NCBI RefSeq assembly: GCF_048593235.1
Contig: NC_133623.1
Span: 23,242,211-23,306,210 of the forward strand
Source of the DNA: Sminthopsis crassicaudata
Taxonomy: Eukaryota
Direction: 5' to 3'
Length of the DNA stretch: 64,000 bases
Below, piece by piece: positions 25,981 through 39,294 of the stretch. The notes beneath the pieces were generated by a model that had not been told where the DNA came from, made no database searches, and worked only from the letters and a program-made list of their open reading frames with translations. The stretch's first letter is position 1, and each line of letters starts with the position of its first letter. The position numbers were made by a program, and so were the translations under genes.

Positions 25981-28900
25981 TTTTTGACTGTTAACTTTAA
26001 ATTCTTTTTAAAATTTATTATTATTATAGCTTTTTATTTACAAGATATATGCATGGGTAATTTTACAGCACTGACATTTGTCAAGCCTTTTGTTCCAATT
26101 TTTCCCCTCCTTCCCCTCCATCTCCTCCCCCAGATGGCACGTTGACCAATACATGCTACATATGTTAAAGTATAAATTAAATACAATATATGTATACATG
26201 TCCAAACAGTTATTTTGCTGTACAAAGAGAATCAGACTTTGAAATACCGTACCATTAGCCTGTGAAGAAAATCAGAAATGCAGGCAGACAAAAATAGAGG
26301 GACTGGGAATTCTATGTAGTGGTTCCTAGTCACCTCCCAATGTTCTTTCCCTGGGTGTAGCCGGTTCAGTTCATTACTGCTCTATTGGAACTGATTTGGT
26401 TCATCTCATTGTTGAAGAGGGCCACATCCATTGGAATTGATCATCATATAATATTATTCAAGTGTATAATGATCTCCTGGCCCTACTCATTTCACTCAGA
26501 ATCAGGTCATGTAAATCTCTCCAGGCCTCTCTGAAATCCTCCTGCTGGTTGTTTCTCATAGAAAAATAATATTCCATAACATTCATATAGCATAACTTAT
26601 TGCCATTCTCCACTTGATGGGCATCCACTCAGTTTCTAGTTTCTGGCCAGTACAAAGAGGGCTGCCACAAACATTCTTTCACATACAGGTCCCTTTCCAT
26701 CCTTTAAGATCTCTTTGGGATATAAGTCCAGTAGTAACACTGCTGGATCAAAGGGTATGCACAGTTTGATAACTTTTTGAGCATAGTTCCAAATCATTCT
26801 CCAGAATGGCTGGATGTATTCACAGTTCTACCAACAATGTATCCATGTCCCTGTTTTCCCACATCCCCTCCAACATTGCGCATTATCTTTCCCTTTCATT
26901 CTAGTCAATCTGACAGGTGTGTAGTGGTATCTCAGAGTTGTCTTAATTTGCATTTCTCTGATTTTTTTACATTTTAAAATTAATTTTATAATTTTAACTT
27001 TGTTTTGACAGTACATATGCATGGGTAATTTTTTACAACATTATCCTTTCACTCACATCTATTCTGAATTTTCCCTCCTTCCCTCCACCCCCTCCCTTAG
27101 ATGGCAGGCAGTCCCATACATGTTAAATGTGTTATACTATATCCTAGATACAATATATGTGTGTAGAACCAAATTTCTTGTTGCACAGGAAGAATTGGAT
27201 TCAGCAGGCAAAAATAACCTGGGAAGAAAAACAAAAATGCAAACAGTTTACACTCATCTCCCAGTGTTCCTTCCATGAGTGTAGCTGATTCTGTCCATCA
27301 ATTGGAACTCAATTAGATCCTCTCTTTGTGGAAGATATCCATTTCTCTCAGAATATGTCCTCATACAGTATTGTTGTTGAAGTATATAATGATCTCCTGC
27401 TTCTGCTCATATCACTCAGCATCAGTTCATGTAAGTCTCTTCAATCCTCTCTGTATTCATCCTGCTGGTCATTTCTTTTTTTTTTCTTTTTTTTTTTAAA
27501 TTTTTATAATTATAAATTTTTTTGACAATATCTATGCATGAGTAATTTTTTTATAACATTATCCCTTGTATTCATTTTTCCAAATTTTCCCCTCCCTCCC
27601 TCTACTCCTTCCCCTAGATGACAGGTAATCCCATACATTTTACATGTGTTACAGTATAACCTAGATACAATATATGTGTGTAAATACCATTTTCTTGTTG
27701 CACATTAAGTATTAGATTCTTTAGGTGTAAGTAACCTGGGTAGATAGACAGTAGTGCTAACAGTTTACATTCAATTCCCAGTGTTCCTTCTCTGGGTGTA
27801 GTTGTTTCTGTCCATCATTGATCAGCTGGAAGTGAGTTGGATCTTCTTTATGTTGAAGATTTCCACTTCCATCAGAATACATCTCCATACAGTATTGTTG
27901 TTGAAGTGTATAGTGATCTTCTGGTTCTGCTCATTTCACTCAGCATCAGTTCCTGTAAGTCTCTCCAAACCTTTCTGAATTCATCCTGCTGGTCATTTCT
28001 TACAGAGCAATAATATTCCATAACCTTCATATACCATAATTTACCCAACCATTCTCCAATTGATGGACATCCATTCATCTTCCAGTTTCTAGCCACTACG
28101 AAAAGGGCTGCCACAAACATTTTGGCACATACAGGTCCCTTTCCCCTCTTTAGTATTTCTTTGGGGTATAAGCCCAGTAGTAGCACTGCTGGATCAAAGG
28201 GTATGCACAGTTTGATAACTTTTTGGGCATAGTTCCAAATTGCTCTCCAGAATGGCCGGATTCTTTCACAACTCCACCAACAATGTATTAGTGTCCCAGT
28301 TTTCCCACATCCCCTCCAACATTCATCATTATTTGTTCTTGTCATCTTAGCCAATGTTACAGGTGGGCAGTGGTATCTCAGAGTTGTCTTAATTTGCAAT
28401 TCTTTGATCAGTAGTGATTTGGAACACTCTTTCATATGAGTAGATATAGTTTCAATTTCATTATCTGAGAATTGTCTGTTCCTATCCTTTGACCATTTAT
28501 TAATTGGAGAATAGCTTGATTTCTTATATATTTGAGTCAATTCTCTATATATATTTTGGAAATGAGGCCTTTATCAGAACCTTTGACTGTAAAAATGTTT
28601 TCCCAGTTTATTGCTTCCCTTCTAATCTTATCTGCATTAGTTTTGTTTGTACAAAAACTTTTCAATTTGACATAATCAAATTTTTCTATTTTGTGATCAA
28701 TAATGATCTCTGGTTCTTCTTTAGTCATAAATTCATTTCTCTTCCACAGGTCTGAGAGGTAAACTATCCTATGTTCCTCTAATTTATTTATAATCTCATT
28801 CTTTATGCCTAGATCATGAACCCATTTTGACTTTATCTTGGTGTATGGTGTTAAGTGTAGGTCAATGCCTAGTTTCTGCCATACTGATTTCCAATTTTCC

Positions 28901-30286
28901 CAGCAATTTTTGCCAAACATTGAGTTCTTATCCCAAAAGCTGGGGTCTTTGGGTTTGTCAAACACGAGATTATTAGAGTTATTGACTGCTTTGTCCTTTG
29001 AACCTAACTTATTCCACTGATCAACTGGTCTATTTCTTAGCCAATACCAAATGGTTTTGGTGACTGCTGCTTTATAATATAATTTTAGATCTGGTATAGC
29101 TAAGCCACCTTCATTTGATTTTTTTTTTATTAATTCCCTTGAAATTCTTGACCTTTTGTTTTTCCATATGAACTTTGTTGTAATTTTTTCTAGGTCATTA
29201 AAATAGGTTTTTGGGAGTCTGATTGGTATAGTGCTAAATAAATAGATTAGTTTAGGTAGAATTGTCATTTTTATTTTATTTGCTCGCCCTATCCAAGAGC
29301 ATTTAATATTTTTCCAATTGGTTAGATCAGACATAATTTGTGTGGAAAGTGTTTTGTGGTTTTGCTTATATAGTGTCTGATTTTCCCTTGGCAGATAGAT
29401 TCCTAAATATTTTATACTATCGGTAGTTACTTAAAATGGAATTTCTCTTTGTAACTCTAACTGTTGGATTTTGTTGGTGATATATAAGAATGCTGATGAC
29501 ATATGCGGGTTTATTTTGTATCCTGCAACTTTGCTAAAGGTGTGAATTATTTCTAATAGCTTTTTAGTAGAATCTCTGGGATTCTCTAAATATATCTTCA
29601 TATTATCAGCAAAGGGTGATAATTTGGTTTCCTCATTACCTACCCTAATTCCTTTAATCTCTTTCTCAACTCTTATTGCCAAAGCTAGCATTTCTAATAC
29701 AACATTGAATAGTAATGGTGATAGTGGACCACCTTGTTTCACTCCTGATCTTACTATCTTACTGGGAATGGTTGCAGTTTATCCCCATTACATATGATGC
29801 TTACTGATGGTTTTAAATAGATGCTACTGATTATTTAAGGAAAAGTCCATTTATTACTATACTCTCAAGTGTTTTTAATAGGAATAGATGTTGGATTTTA
29901 TCAAATGCGTTTTCTGCATCTATTGAGATGATCATATGGTTTTTGTTAATTTGGTTATTAAATGGCCAATTATACTGATAGTTTTCCTAATATTAAACCA
30001 GCCCTGCATTGCTAGTATAAATCCTACTTGATCATGGTGTAGTATCCCGGGGATGATTTTTTGTAGTCTTTTTGCTAATATCTTATTTAAGATTTTAGCA
30101 TCAATGTTCATTAGGGAGATTGGTCCATAATTTTCTTTCTCTGTTTTTGTCCTAGCTGGTTTAGGTATCAGTAACATGTCTGTGTCATAAAAGGAATTTG
30201 GTAGGACTCCTTCATTCCCTATTTTTTCAAATAGTTTATATAGCATTGGGGCTAATTGTTCTTTACATGTTTGGTAGAATTCATAT
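25981..30286 (-). mobile_element. Composite 5'-truncated L1: three nested 3' ends (about 26004-26961, 26962-27477, 27478-28500) on an ORF2 body
   Basis: ORF2 fragments in the track (RT, C-terminal domain); perfect 16-bp TSD gattagaaattatctt at 25965-25980 and 30287-30302, ending in an L1 endonuclease-type TCTT/AA site. Confidence 0.95.
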
Positions 30287-30849
30287 GATTAGAAATTATC
30301 TTAACAAATCAACACAGTACCAGATTATAATTACTGAGCTGACCTACGTATTTCTTTTTCTGTTAGGGCTTCTAAGAAATGGTTCCTAAATTCATTCTTT
30401 TATTGGAAAATTTGATTTCATGTAATACTGACCTTATGTTCCCCATGTGGAGAAATACCCATTGTGAATATTCTCTTTCCATCAGTAAGAAGGAACTTAT
30501 CTGCAGCTAAGAATCTTAGAGAATTGTCTGGGGCAACTGTCAAAGATAGGCCTGAAACCCCGGATGGTCTTCTGGGCTCCATACCACAACACCGCCACAC
30601 AGATTTTACTTAGTAGCTACGGATCAGTAAGGAAAAATGCAAATAGAAGTGCCTGTTAGTATACCGGTGTTATTGTCAGCAGTTCTGTCTTTGCCAGTGT
30701 AGGATGTGCTTGGCACCACAATGAATCAGTCCTAGGCCTTCCTGGCCAGCACTAGGTCCAGAGGCAGCCGAGTGTAGGGGAAAGAACCCGAGGATTTGCA
30801 GTGACAGAATCATAGGCCTAAAGCTGGAAGATACAGAAAATCATCTGGT

Positions 30850-31015
30850 GGGATTCTTCCCTTACTCTGGGGAGACATTTCAGGGAGTCCCTGAACTTGT
30901 AGGGAGGGAAAAAAACAATCACATTTTAATTTCCACTAATTTCACATTTTTTTCATTTTTTAAAAAAAATTCTCTGAGAAGGAGTCTGTGATATGAAAAA
31001 AAGGTTAAGCATGTT
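30850..31015. mobile_element. Probable hAT-type MITE remnant
   Basis: ctctgagaaggagtctgtgatatgaaaaaaaggttaag end shared with the element at 52750-52925; family not assigned. Confidence 0.5.
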
Positions 31016-33723
31016 TGATCTGGTCCAAGGTACTGATTTTGCAAAAGAAGAATCTGGGGCCCAGAGGCAGGAAGAGATTTGCCATGGCTTACCAGAGTAA
31101 GTAGCAGAGGTTGGACAGCTCAGGTGCCCTGCCCTAGTCCTTTGAGTCCTAATATGATACTGTTGCCATGACTCTCAACTGACTATCCACTCTGAAGACC
31201 TGGATTTGAAGTGACTTGCCCATTTCCTAACATATCACCTTAGGGCCTTAGGTTTCCTCTTTTGGAAAATGGGAGGGCAGTTGATCCCTAAAGTTCCTTC
31301 CCTAAATGCTAGGAATAAATGCAGTAGGATGTTCCATTGTTTTTCTTCACTCCAGCTGTGGCCTAGCAGTGCCTTTGGGCTTCTGAGCTTCTTCCTAGTC
31401 AGTGCTGGAGTTTGCTTCTACCAGAATGAGGTGTCATATGTTCTTTATGCAGGTTCTTCACCTTAGTTTCCTCCCCAGGATGCATTCCTAAGTCTTCTGG
31501 ACTTTCTCTAACATATCCTAGAAAGTACCCTCTGCTCCAACTGACTGGTTCATCCCAGAACCTCCATTTTGAGGTGGTTGCCCAGAACCATGCCATGCCT
31601 TCATTTTGCTCTGGGCTGTAGTCCTCACTGTGCTGCCTTTTCCATGATGCCCCTGTACTGGACGCCTTCATCTTCCTTTTATTCTTCCTTTACTATCTTC
31701 CTCTATTGCAATGGTACTTCTTTGGGGAAGGAAGTATCTTTCTGCTGGTGTTTATATACCCAGCACTTAGTACCATGCCTGGTACATAACAAGCATTTAA
31801 TAAATGTCTAATGATTCCGTTCATTCCTTTATTGGTGCTATGAATAATGGGTATTTTGAATTAAAGTCTTCAAGGGAAGGTAAAGACTCTCAGGAGAAAA
31901 GGCTGGTTGCTTGGCCTGTATTCTTCTTAAATTGTTATCCAAATTACTTGTCAGCCTGAGTGTGTACAGGAGCGCAAATAACTCTTTGGGGGAGGGGGAG
32001 CCAAATGAGACTGATTCATTCCCAAGGCGTTTCTGGGTAGGGCCAAGAGCCAGAAAGATTTTCTGAGAAAACTTTTCTCCTCACTGCCACCCCCATCACG
32101 GCATTTTCAGCCCACTTCACACCTACCTGGGATCAAGGCATAACATTTACCTGCTGGATTTTCTGCCTTCTGCCTGCCTGCTCTTTAGGGGTCCTGGCCC
32201 TGGCCCTGGCCCAGGCTCTTGGCCTGCTAGCTCCTTCCCATCCTGGCCCTCTCCTGAGATCTCTAAACTTTGCCTTGTTGCTTTTTCTCTGTCTGGGTTC
32301 CCCACTGTGGCAGTCTTGGCACCAATACTGAGAAGTTCATTTTTTAAAGAAATGGGGTAAGAATGCAAAGAGTCCCAAATGAAAGTTCTCATGGAAGAAA
32401 ACAAATGCTGTATTTTCCCATGAGGCCCTATGTGCCCATGGCTCATGGTTTCATTTTTGTTTGTTTTTTGGAGAATTTTTTTTCTCATTAGGGAACTGAA
32501 GGCCAGCTCCCCCCAAAAGGAGAAATGCTGAAGTTCCCTGGGGTATCTGTACTACTGGGGAGGACAGATGAGCTTGGACAGCATAGAGACCTCTATCACC
32601 TGGAGCAGTGAGTAGCGCCCAAGGCAGGCCCAGCCAGGAGCTACACCAGAATTCCAAGGAGGGCCACTGAGTGGCAGAGAGCAGATAGCAGATGCCAGCA
32701 GAAGTCTTCAGGTAGCAAAACACCAGGGCATGTCGGAAGCAAGACTTCAACAGCTCCATTCTAATGGTAAAGACTCTATCCTGCTGAAGGCATGCATTTT
32801 TCAAGCAAAGAAACTCATTTATCCCAAGCAATAACAAAACAGAAAGCAGAGAAAGATCTAGGGCAGGAGGTCTTAGGCAACAGAGGTGAAAGGGCTCTCC
32901 CCGCTGGGAGTAAGGCCACAGTGTAACCGAGAGAGAAGGAGTCCCAGACCTCATCTGTATTGTGATTTTAAAGAAAAAGTTCAGATTCGCTCCTACTAAT
33001 CAATCCTTCTTAAATCACCTTCATTCTCCTGTCCCATCTCTCTGTCTCTCTCCTCCCAATGCTTACTTACTTAAACCTTCTCCGACATACTTTAAACACT
33101 TCCAAACCAATAACTCTTCTGACTAGATGCTTCATTTAAACTATTAATTACTTTCATAAGTTAATCTCTCTTGTCCCTTTTCTTTAATCACCCTTTTTTT
33201 AACTTTAAACTTTAAGATTCATAACCCATAATGATAACAAATTACCCAATGTTTCAGAAGCAAACCAAATAGTTTTTTTTCTTTCTTCTGCCTGAGTGCT
33301 TCAAGGCCACTAGTAAGAAGCTTCCCAGGTGGTATTAAGCAGATAAGATTGTATTGCCTTTATTCCTCTTTAGCAGAGCAGACTTTGAAAATCTGCTTTT
33401 CAGAGAAAACTTTCCCACCAGTTTAAAATAGTCAAGTTTTTTTTGTTTTAGTTACAAATTGGTACAACAGGTTAAAAAGTTTAAAATCACAAACAATTTT
33501 TAAGACCAATACATTTTGAACCACTCTGACAGAATTACTATTCTGAATGAATTCCAATTTCCACAATTCAGCCTGATAGTTTTCTAAGCCTGTAACACAG
33601 AGGCTGAATTCTTATCTCTTATGAGCTTGCTAACTTTTAACACAGAACAAAAAATTCAAAGCAGACAAACATACACAGACAGACAGAGAGTTCTATTTTT
33701 CTTAAAGAGAGGCATTTATACAG

Positions 33724-33744
33724 CGAATCCTGCCCACTACGCCA
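33724..33744 (-). promoter_or_regulatory. Primer-binding site complementary to tRNA-Ser 3' end
   Basis: Minus strand TGGCGTAGTGGGCAGGATTCG vs complement of the vertebrate tRNA-Ser 3' end TGGCGTAGTCGGCAGGATTCG (20/21; tRNA sequence recalled from memory). Confidence 0.9.
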
Positions 33745-33749
33745 ATTTA

Positions 33750-34377
33750 TGTATTACGATTTTAAAGAAAAGTTCGGATTCGCTCCTATAAATGACGCTC
33801 TCAAGCTCAGTTAAAAAGTAAAAGTAAAAAGTTTTAATCAAACAAGACAAGGTACAGACAATTTAAACTTACATAAAAAACAAATAAGAATAACTAATGC
33901 AACAACAACAATGATTAGTATAGCAGATAGAGGAAGAGAATACATCACCAATTCAAGGGAACCTAAAAAACTCAAATGGCTGGGAGTCCCGTTTCAGCCT
34001 CAATCAACTTGAATTGTGTAAAGATTTTTCCGGGCGAAGCGTCCTCCCCACGGATGAGACTCAACTATGGCTTATAACACGGGCTTTTTATATGTTTTCA
34101 GACAAAGAAGGCTCCTGGCCAAAACTTATCTATATATTCATGTTGATTCACTCCAAACTCTTGAAGCTTGACATGTTTCCTTATCAATTGCATATGCACA
34201 GGGAGGAAGCCACCCAACCCTAAGCATAAGCACGTCCAAGAATGGCTAGTTCCTGGTATCTGTTGTCAAGGACATACAGAGTTTATGGAATGGTCAAGTT
34301 CCTATAATTTAGAAGCTCAGGCCTGTTAGATTTGAGTGAGCTTATAATTCTAATATGAACTCTTAATTTCTTATTCA
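33750..34377 (-). mobile_element. 5' LTR (628 bp)
   Basis: Minus strand TGaataag...taataCA; TATA-like catataaaaagc near 34083-34094; ATTAAA near 33833-33838; followed after 5 nt by the PBS. Confidence 0.85.
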
Positions 34378-35199
34378 TCATCCAAGGGGAAATTGCCCAC
34401 AGTCTCTAGTGTAGCCAACTGGGGATGGGAACATGATGGAGACGTCCGCTCCTCTGATGGTGGCTTCTTCCCACAGTCTTCCTCTCCCTTCAGCATCCTG
34501 AAGTGGAATTAGCTTTGCATTGTTCATCTTCTCTTTCCAAGCTGGAACTCAGAAGAGCCCCGAGCTACTACAAAGTCCCACAAAGATTGAAGCATTCTGG
34601 GCACACATCTTTGTCAGAGGAACTCAATTCCTAAATGACTGAATGGAAAGAGACTGAAAGTGGAGTGATTTGGCAACAAAGCAGTAACCAAGGATTTGAC
34701 TACTGGTTGATTTTTTTTTTTTTGTATCAGAGGGTATCGCTGGCACCAGCCTATGGGACATTTTTCTCCCCTGCCTGCTCTATGTGGTGGGCAGTGGCAG
34801 CATTCTGGTCTTCAGGAGATTTCCTCCCTTTTTGGTCCTTTAAACACCTCATCGGCTCCTTGGGCATTCTTTCTCCTGGAGCTGCACCCCAGCAAAGATG
34901 AGTCTCCCCCTTCTCCCCAATGCTACTTGCCTCACAGTTACTTTGCTGTTTGGAAACATTGTTAAGATTGTTTTCTGTTATTTTGCTACTCATTTCTCTC
35001 ATCGTTCAATATTTTACTGATTCAGTGTTTTTCTAGCATGGTTCTGTAAGTAACTAATAAATACCTAGACCTGAGCTGATTTCAGATGCTCCCAGTTTGA
35101 CAAGCAAAAAAGCCTGAAAGGTAAAATGCCATTACCAATCTCAGTTCTTTAGCAATTAACTATGTCACAGAAGTCACTGAATTGATTCTATCATTTGAC

Positions 35200-35375
35200 C
35201 AAGAGATTTTGCTTCTGGGACAATATCCCAAGGTGGTTACTAACATCAAGAAAAGACCCATGTGTACATGCTGATAGCAATATTATTCATCATAACCCAA
35301 AAAAGCTAGAAACAAAATTTGTCATCATGGAAGATGGGCTGAACAAATTATGACATCTGAGAGGGCCTAAACCCG
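35200..35375 (+). mobile_element. Old L1 ORF2 C-terminal fragment
   Basis: Degenerate cttctgggacaatatcccaag...atagcaatattattcatcata...gctgaacaaattatg. Confidence 0.55.
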
Positions 35376-35409
35376 TGTTTTTGTTAGTTTGAGCAACTCA
35401 TAATCACAG

Positions 35410-35620
35410 CTCATGAGCTAGCCTTGATTTCAGAGGATGAAGAGATAGAGATGTTCTCAATAAGATGCTCCAAATCAAATTAAACTGCATTTTGATTTTT
35501 GGTGACTTCAGTTCAAAGGTGGGAAATGATGAGGTTGAGAAGTATAAGAGAACATATGGTTCAGGGATAACTAACAATTGACATATTAGTACCATACTAT
35601 CAAAGTAAAACAAGATAACT
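35410..35620 (+). mobile_element. RTE LINE endonuclease fragment
   Basis: Translates DEEIEMF...FGDFSSKVG...KYKRTYGSG, matching the GDFNAKVG motif of RTE AP-like endonucleases. Confidence 0.7.
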
Positions 35621-38049
35621 TTCTCTTCTGTTCCTCAACAAATAATGTTTTCTGGGAATATACTCTGTAAAGGGGGCTATTTGGATATTGGGTACTGTTT
35701 GTTATGTTGAAAAAAAATAGGAACCAATAAAAATGTTTAAAGGCTTAGAATTTGCTTCTGTCTGAGCCGGTGGAACCAAATGAGGTGTACTGTGAAGGTT
35801 TATCTGATATTAAGAATGATGTATTTGTCATTAAGTTTACCTATTTTAACATTTTGGGGGGTGATTGAGAGTATCTTTTTTTGTTTTGTTTTGTTTTTTG
35901 AACAGTGGGAAGTTATTGACCACATTTTGTTCTTAGAGCCTAGGCTACCATAACAGTAGTTTTTTGTGTGCAGTATAGCCCTGGCTAATAAGCCAGGCAA
36001 ATTGGATTCTAGGCACTGTATTGTATAATTGTGTGTTGGGATTGACAGCTTTCATGGGTACTCATTCATGGTGGAGCCAGTACTTGGAGGTGAAAATTCA
36101 TCGAGGATTGTTGGTTTTGAGGGAGTCTACAGACTGTGATGGAAAAAAACATTGAAAGTACATTATATAATGCTATGGATTCCCAAGGGAGATGTAAACT
36201 ACTGGGAAAGGAGCACAAGTAAGATGATGGAGTGGCTGCATTGTTTGAGCTAACAGAAATTGGGGGCCCTTCCCAGATCTCTAGGCAGGCACCTGAAAAG
36301 GAGATGCTTGGACATTAGTCACCAAACCCTCCACTGCTGACTAGGAGTTGATGAGCAAATTTAAATCCTTCTGGTGAGATCAGAATGAGCTATGTACAGT
36401 CTGTGTGGTAGAGGGTGGGATAAGTTGCCTCCCTCAGCATCTAGTGACATCTTGTCAACGTCAGTGGCACAACAGCAGCCAGGAGGCCCATTGATCAGCT
36501 TTCCAAAGTCCACCACAACAGCCAGCTGGGGAATTATGGAACGTTATAGCCATTTCTGAGGGGGCAGGCCTGGTGCTGAATGTCTGTTTCCTTCCCTCCT
36601 CCCTCCCTCCCCCCACTGGCAGAGGCACTCTGTTTAAATTCCCTCTGTTCTTTGCTCTTACAAGAGTCTCTCCCAGGGCTGGGGGAAAAACAAAAAAATA
36701 CAATACTATCTCTTTGAAAGTACATTTCCCAGGAGTTTATACAGTCTAGTTCTGAAAGCTTCCTTTCTCTGCCTGCAGAAGAATCCAGCTCTTAAAGCCT
36801 GCCGCATTGTCTTTAGTTTCTTTAGTATTCCTTTTTGTCTCTCTTAAATGCCTTATCGGTAAAGTGCTGTTCCTTTCCTGGGTCTATTAGCACAGTGGTA
36901 AAGAGCTGAACACACAGACCTGGACTAACTTGAGATGTTTCCCGTTTTCAACTAGGTAGGGAATTGAGGCTGGTTGTTTAAGAACAGTTCTCCCCCACCC
37001 CATTCACAATGTGGCAGTGACCAGATAGATAAATTGCCATGACAAGTTCCCACTGCTGGAACCATGAAAGAGGGGTGGGATGGGTGGGGAACTGCTGGCC
37101 TAAAAATAGAAGCAGAGGCCTTTGGGATTACTTGGTCTTGCCCCTTCATTTTCCAGATGGGGATGAAAACAGAAGAGGGCTGACCAGTTTTATGCTGGAG
37201 GTAGTGACTGCATCAGGGTGAAAGGCCAGATCTTTTGACTCCCAGCCTTCTGCTCCTTCAAGTATGTCACATGGAACTTAGTGAGGTAGCAGAAGACATG
37301 TGAAGAATGTTGGAAAGTCACTATTAATATGGTAAGACCAAAGAGTCATAGATTACATTTTACTCCCCCATTTTACATATGAGGAAACTGCACGATAGCT
37401 CACTGTGGTATAGAGGTAGCCTGGCTTCTCACAGGCTAAACTATTGGAGTCCAGGCTCTAGCAAGGCCTGCCAAACTGGAAAGGTTTCAAATACAGGACA
37501 ATCTGTAGCCCTGGGCCAGTCAGGCTGAGTGCAAAAAGGCTCATCTTCACATTGGTTACAAATGTTGACTTTTTCATCTATGGCAACTTTTCAAGACAAT
37601 CTCCTACTAAATTTTAGGAGAGCTGCGACATGGTAGGTATGCCCACCCCAGCGATATCATAGGTCTTTGAAATATTGACCTATTAATAGTATGATCAAAT
37701 GTGCTGTGTCATTTGGAATAATAATAATAGTTATTTGTCTAGTGTTTAGGCACCACTTGGCTGGGACATGTGGAGCTGGTGACCTGCACCACTCCCTCTT
37801 CTCTTCTCAGCCATTGAGGTTTGTGTGCCAGATTTATTGTGAGAGGAGCCTTGTTCAAATTAGGGGGATTTGGCTTTCTATTTTCATATTTCTTGGTTCA
37901 CTAATAACCACCCCTCTCTCTCTTGGAAACTTGTTAATTCTTGAAAGTCCAAGCTGTTGTTGTTTAGTCATTTTCCAGTTATTTCTAATGCTTTCTGACC
38001 CCATTTGGAGTTTTCTTGGCAAAGCTTCCAGAGGGGTTTGTCATTTCCT

Positions 38050-38205
38050 TCTCCAGCACATTTTATAGATGAGAAAACTGAGGCAAACAGGGTGAAGGGA
38101 ACTGGCCAGGGTCACATAGCTAGGAAAATAACTGAACTCAGGAAAAGGGAGTCTTCCTGACTCCAGGCCAGGTGCTCCATCCACTGCAGTGCCACTTAGC
38201 TGCTC
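38050..38205 (-). mobile_element. MAR1/MIR-type SINE
   Basis: gatgagaaaactgaggcaaacagggtgaag...ggtcacatagctagg...tcctgactccagg is the antisense CORE SINE. Confidence 0.8.
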
Positions 38206-39294
38206 CAGCCCAAACAAAGGAAGGGAAGTAAAAAAGATGCTCAGTTTATATTATGAATAAAGAAACGATACCAACCATGGAAGAATCACAAGGTACCTTA
38301 ACAGAATTAGCGGGATTAACATCTAACCACGGTTGCAATCAATTGAGAAGCTCGGATTTTAAGTCTCATCAGATCAGATTGTAGTGGTATAATACTGCTA
38401 ATTATTCACTTCCCATTTTGCCTCTGCACCCTCCAGTCCATAGCCAAGTGGCTGCCCTTGTGGATATCCCCTCCTGCTTCCATCTAGCACCACTGAGGAA
38501 AGCATTGAGGACTCCCCTGGATCTTCTAAATTCAGCAGATCCTTAGGACCTCTCAAAGTATTCTTGCCTATAGTACTGAACAAACAGAAAAGGCCAAATA
38601 GAACAGAGAAGGGGCTTCCATGATATTGAGGTCAAGAGGGAAGATCCTTTCCCACCCCCTCATGCTAGTCACATTTCATCACATGGAGCACCACTGCCAA
38701 AAGAGCACCAGTCAGAAATTGCCAGTTCTTTTCAAAGGTCCATTGAGTCATTGGCTTGTCTGGCTCACCATCCAATTTAATAGAGTCTTTGTCATCTACT
38801 TTGCAACCCCTTGAGACAACGTGCAATCCCCATAATCCCTATAAGCAATCCCCACCCCACCCCTCCAGTTAGAATCAATTTTGAGAAGAACCAGATGGAG
38901 CATTGTCTGTCCCAAACCACATTATATTTGAATAAAAGGAACATTGATATTGGGACATTTCCCTTTTGGGGGGGATCCCCCACTTATTAGTTACAGGCTA
39001 AGTAAGTCACTCAATTTCACAGGTCAGCTGTTAGCTATATACCATGCTAGGTACTATGGATACAAAGTCAAAAATTAAAACAGTCCCTCCCTTCAAAGAG
39101 TTTCCAGTCTTCTGTGTAGAAATGACTTGAACAGAGATAATTAAATACAAAAATGCATAGGAAGTAAATACAAAGTAATTGGGAGGGGGAAGAAGAGCTT
39201 TGGAAATTAGGGATCTTAGTAGAGGACTTACATAAGAAGTGCTGTGAGGCTATGGGATATTCACACGCCCTGGTGTGAGGGCTCACTGAGGTAT

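Larger units (their letters stand above)
32956..34377 (-). mobile_element. Non-autonomous or deleted LTR retroelement (ERV) with tRNA-Ser PBS
   Basis: TG...CA termini, 5-bp TSD tcatc (32951-32955, 34378-34382); LTR 33750-34377; PBS 33724-33744; 45-bp copy of the LTR U5 end at 32956-33000; no gag/pol/env ORF. Confidence 0.9.

Noticed and set aside
32451-32954. 167-aa minus-strand ORF next to the LTR element
   Set aside because: Lies outside the TSD, has no gag/pol/env motifs and no coding-like composition
33724-33744. tRNA-Ser gene
   Set aside because: Only the 3' 21 nt including CCA are present, positioned as a PBS; no cloverleaf
34700-35020. Possible processed pseudogene (T13 tract plus 83-aa minus ORF)
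   Set aside because: No polyadenylation signal, no convincing TSD and no recognisable protein
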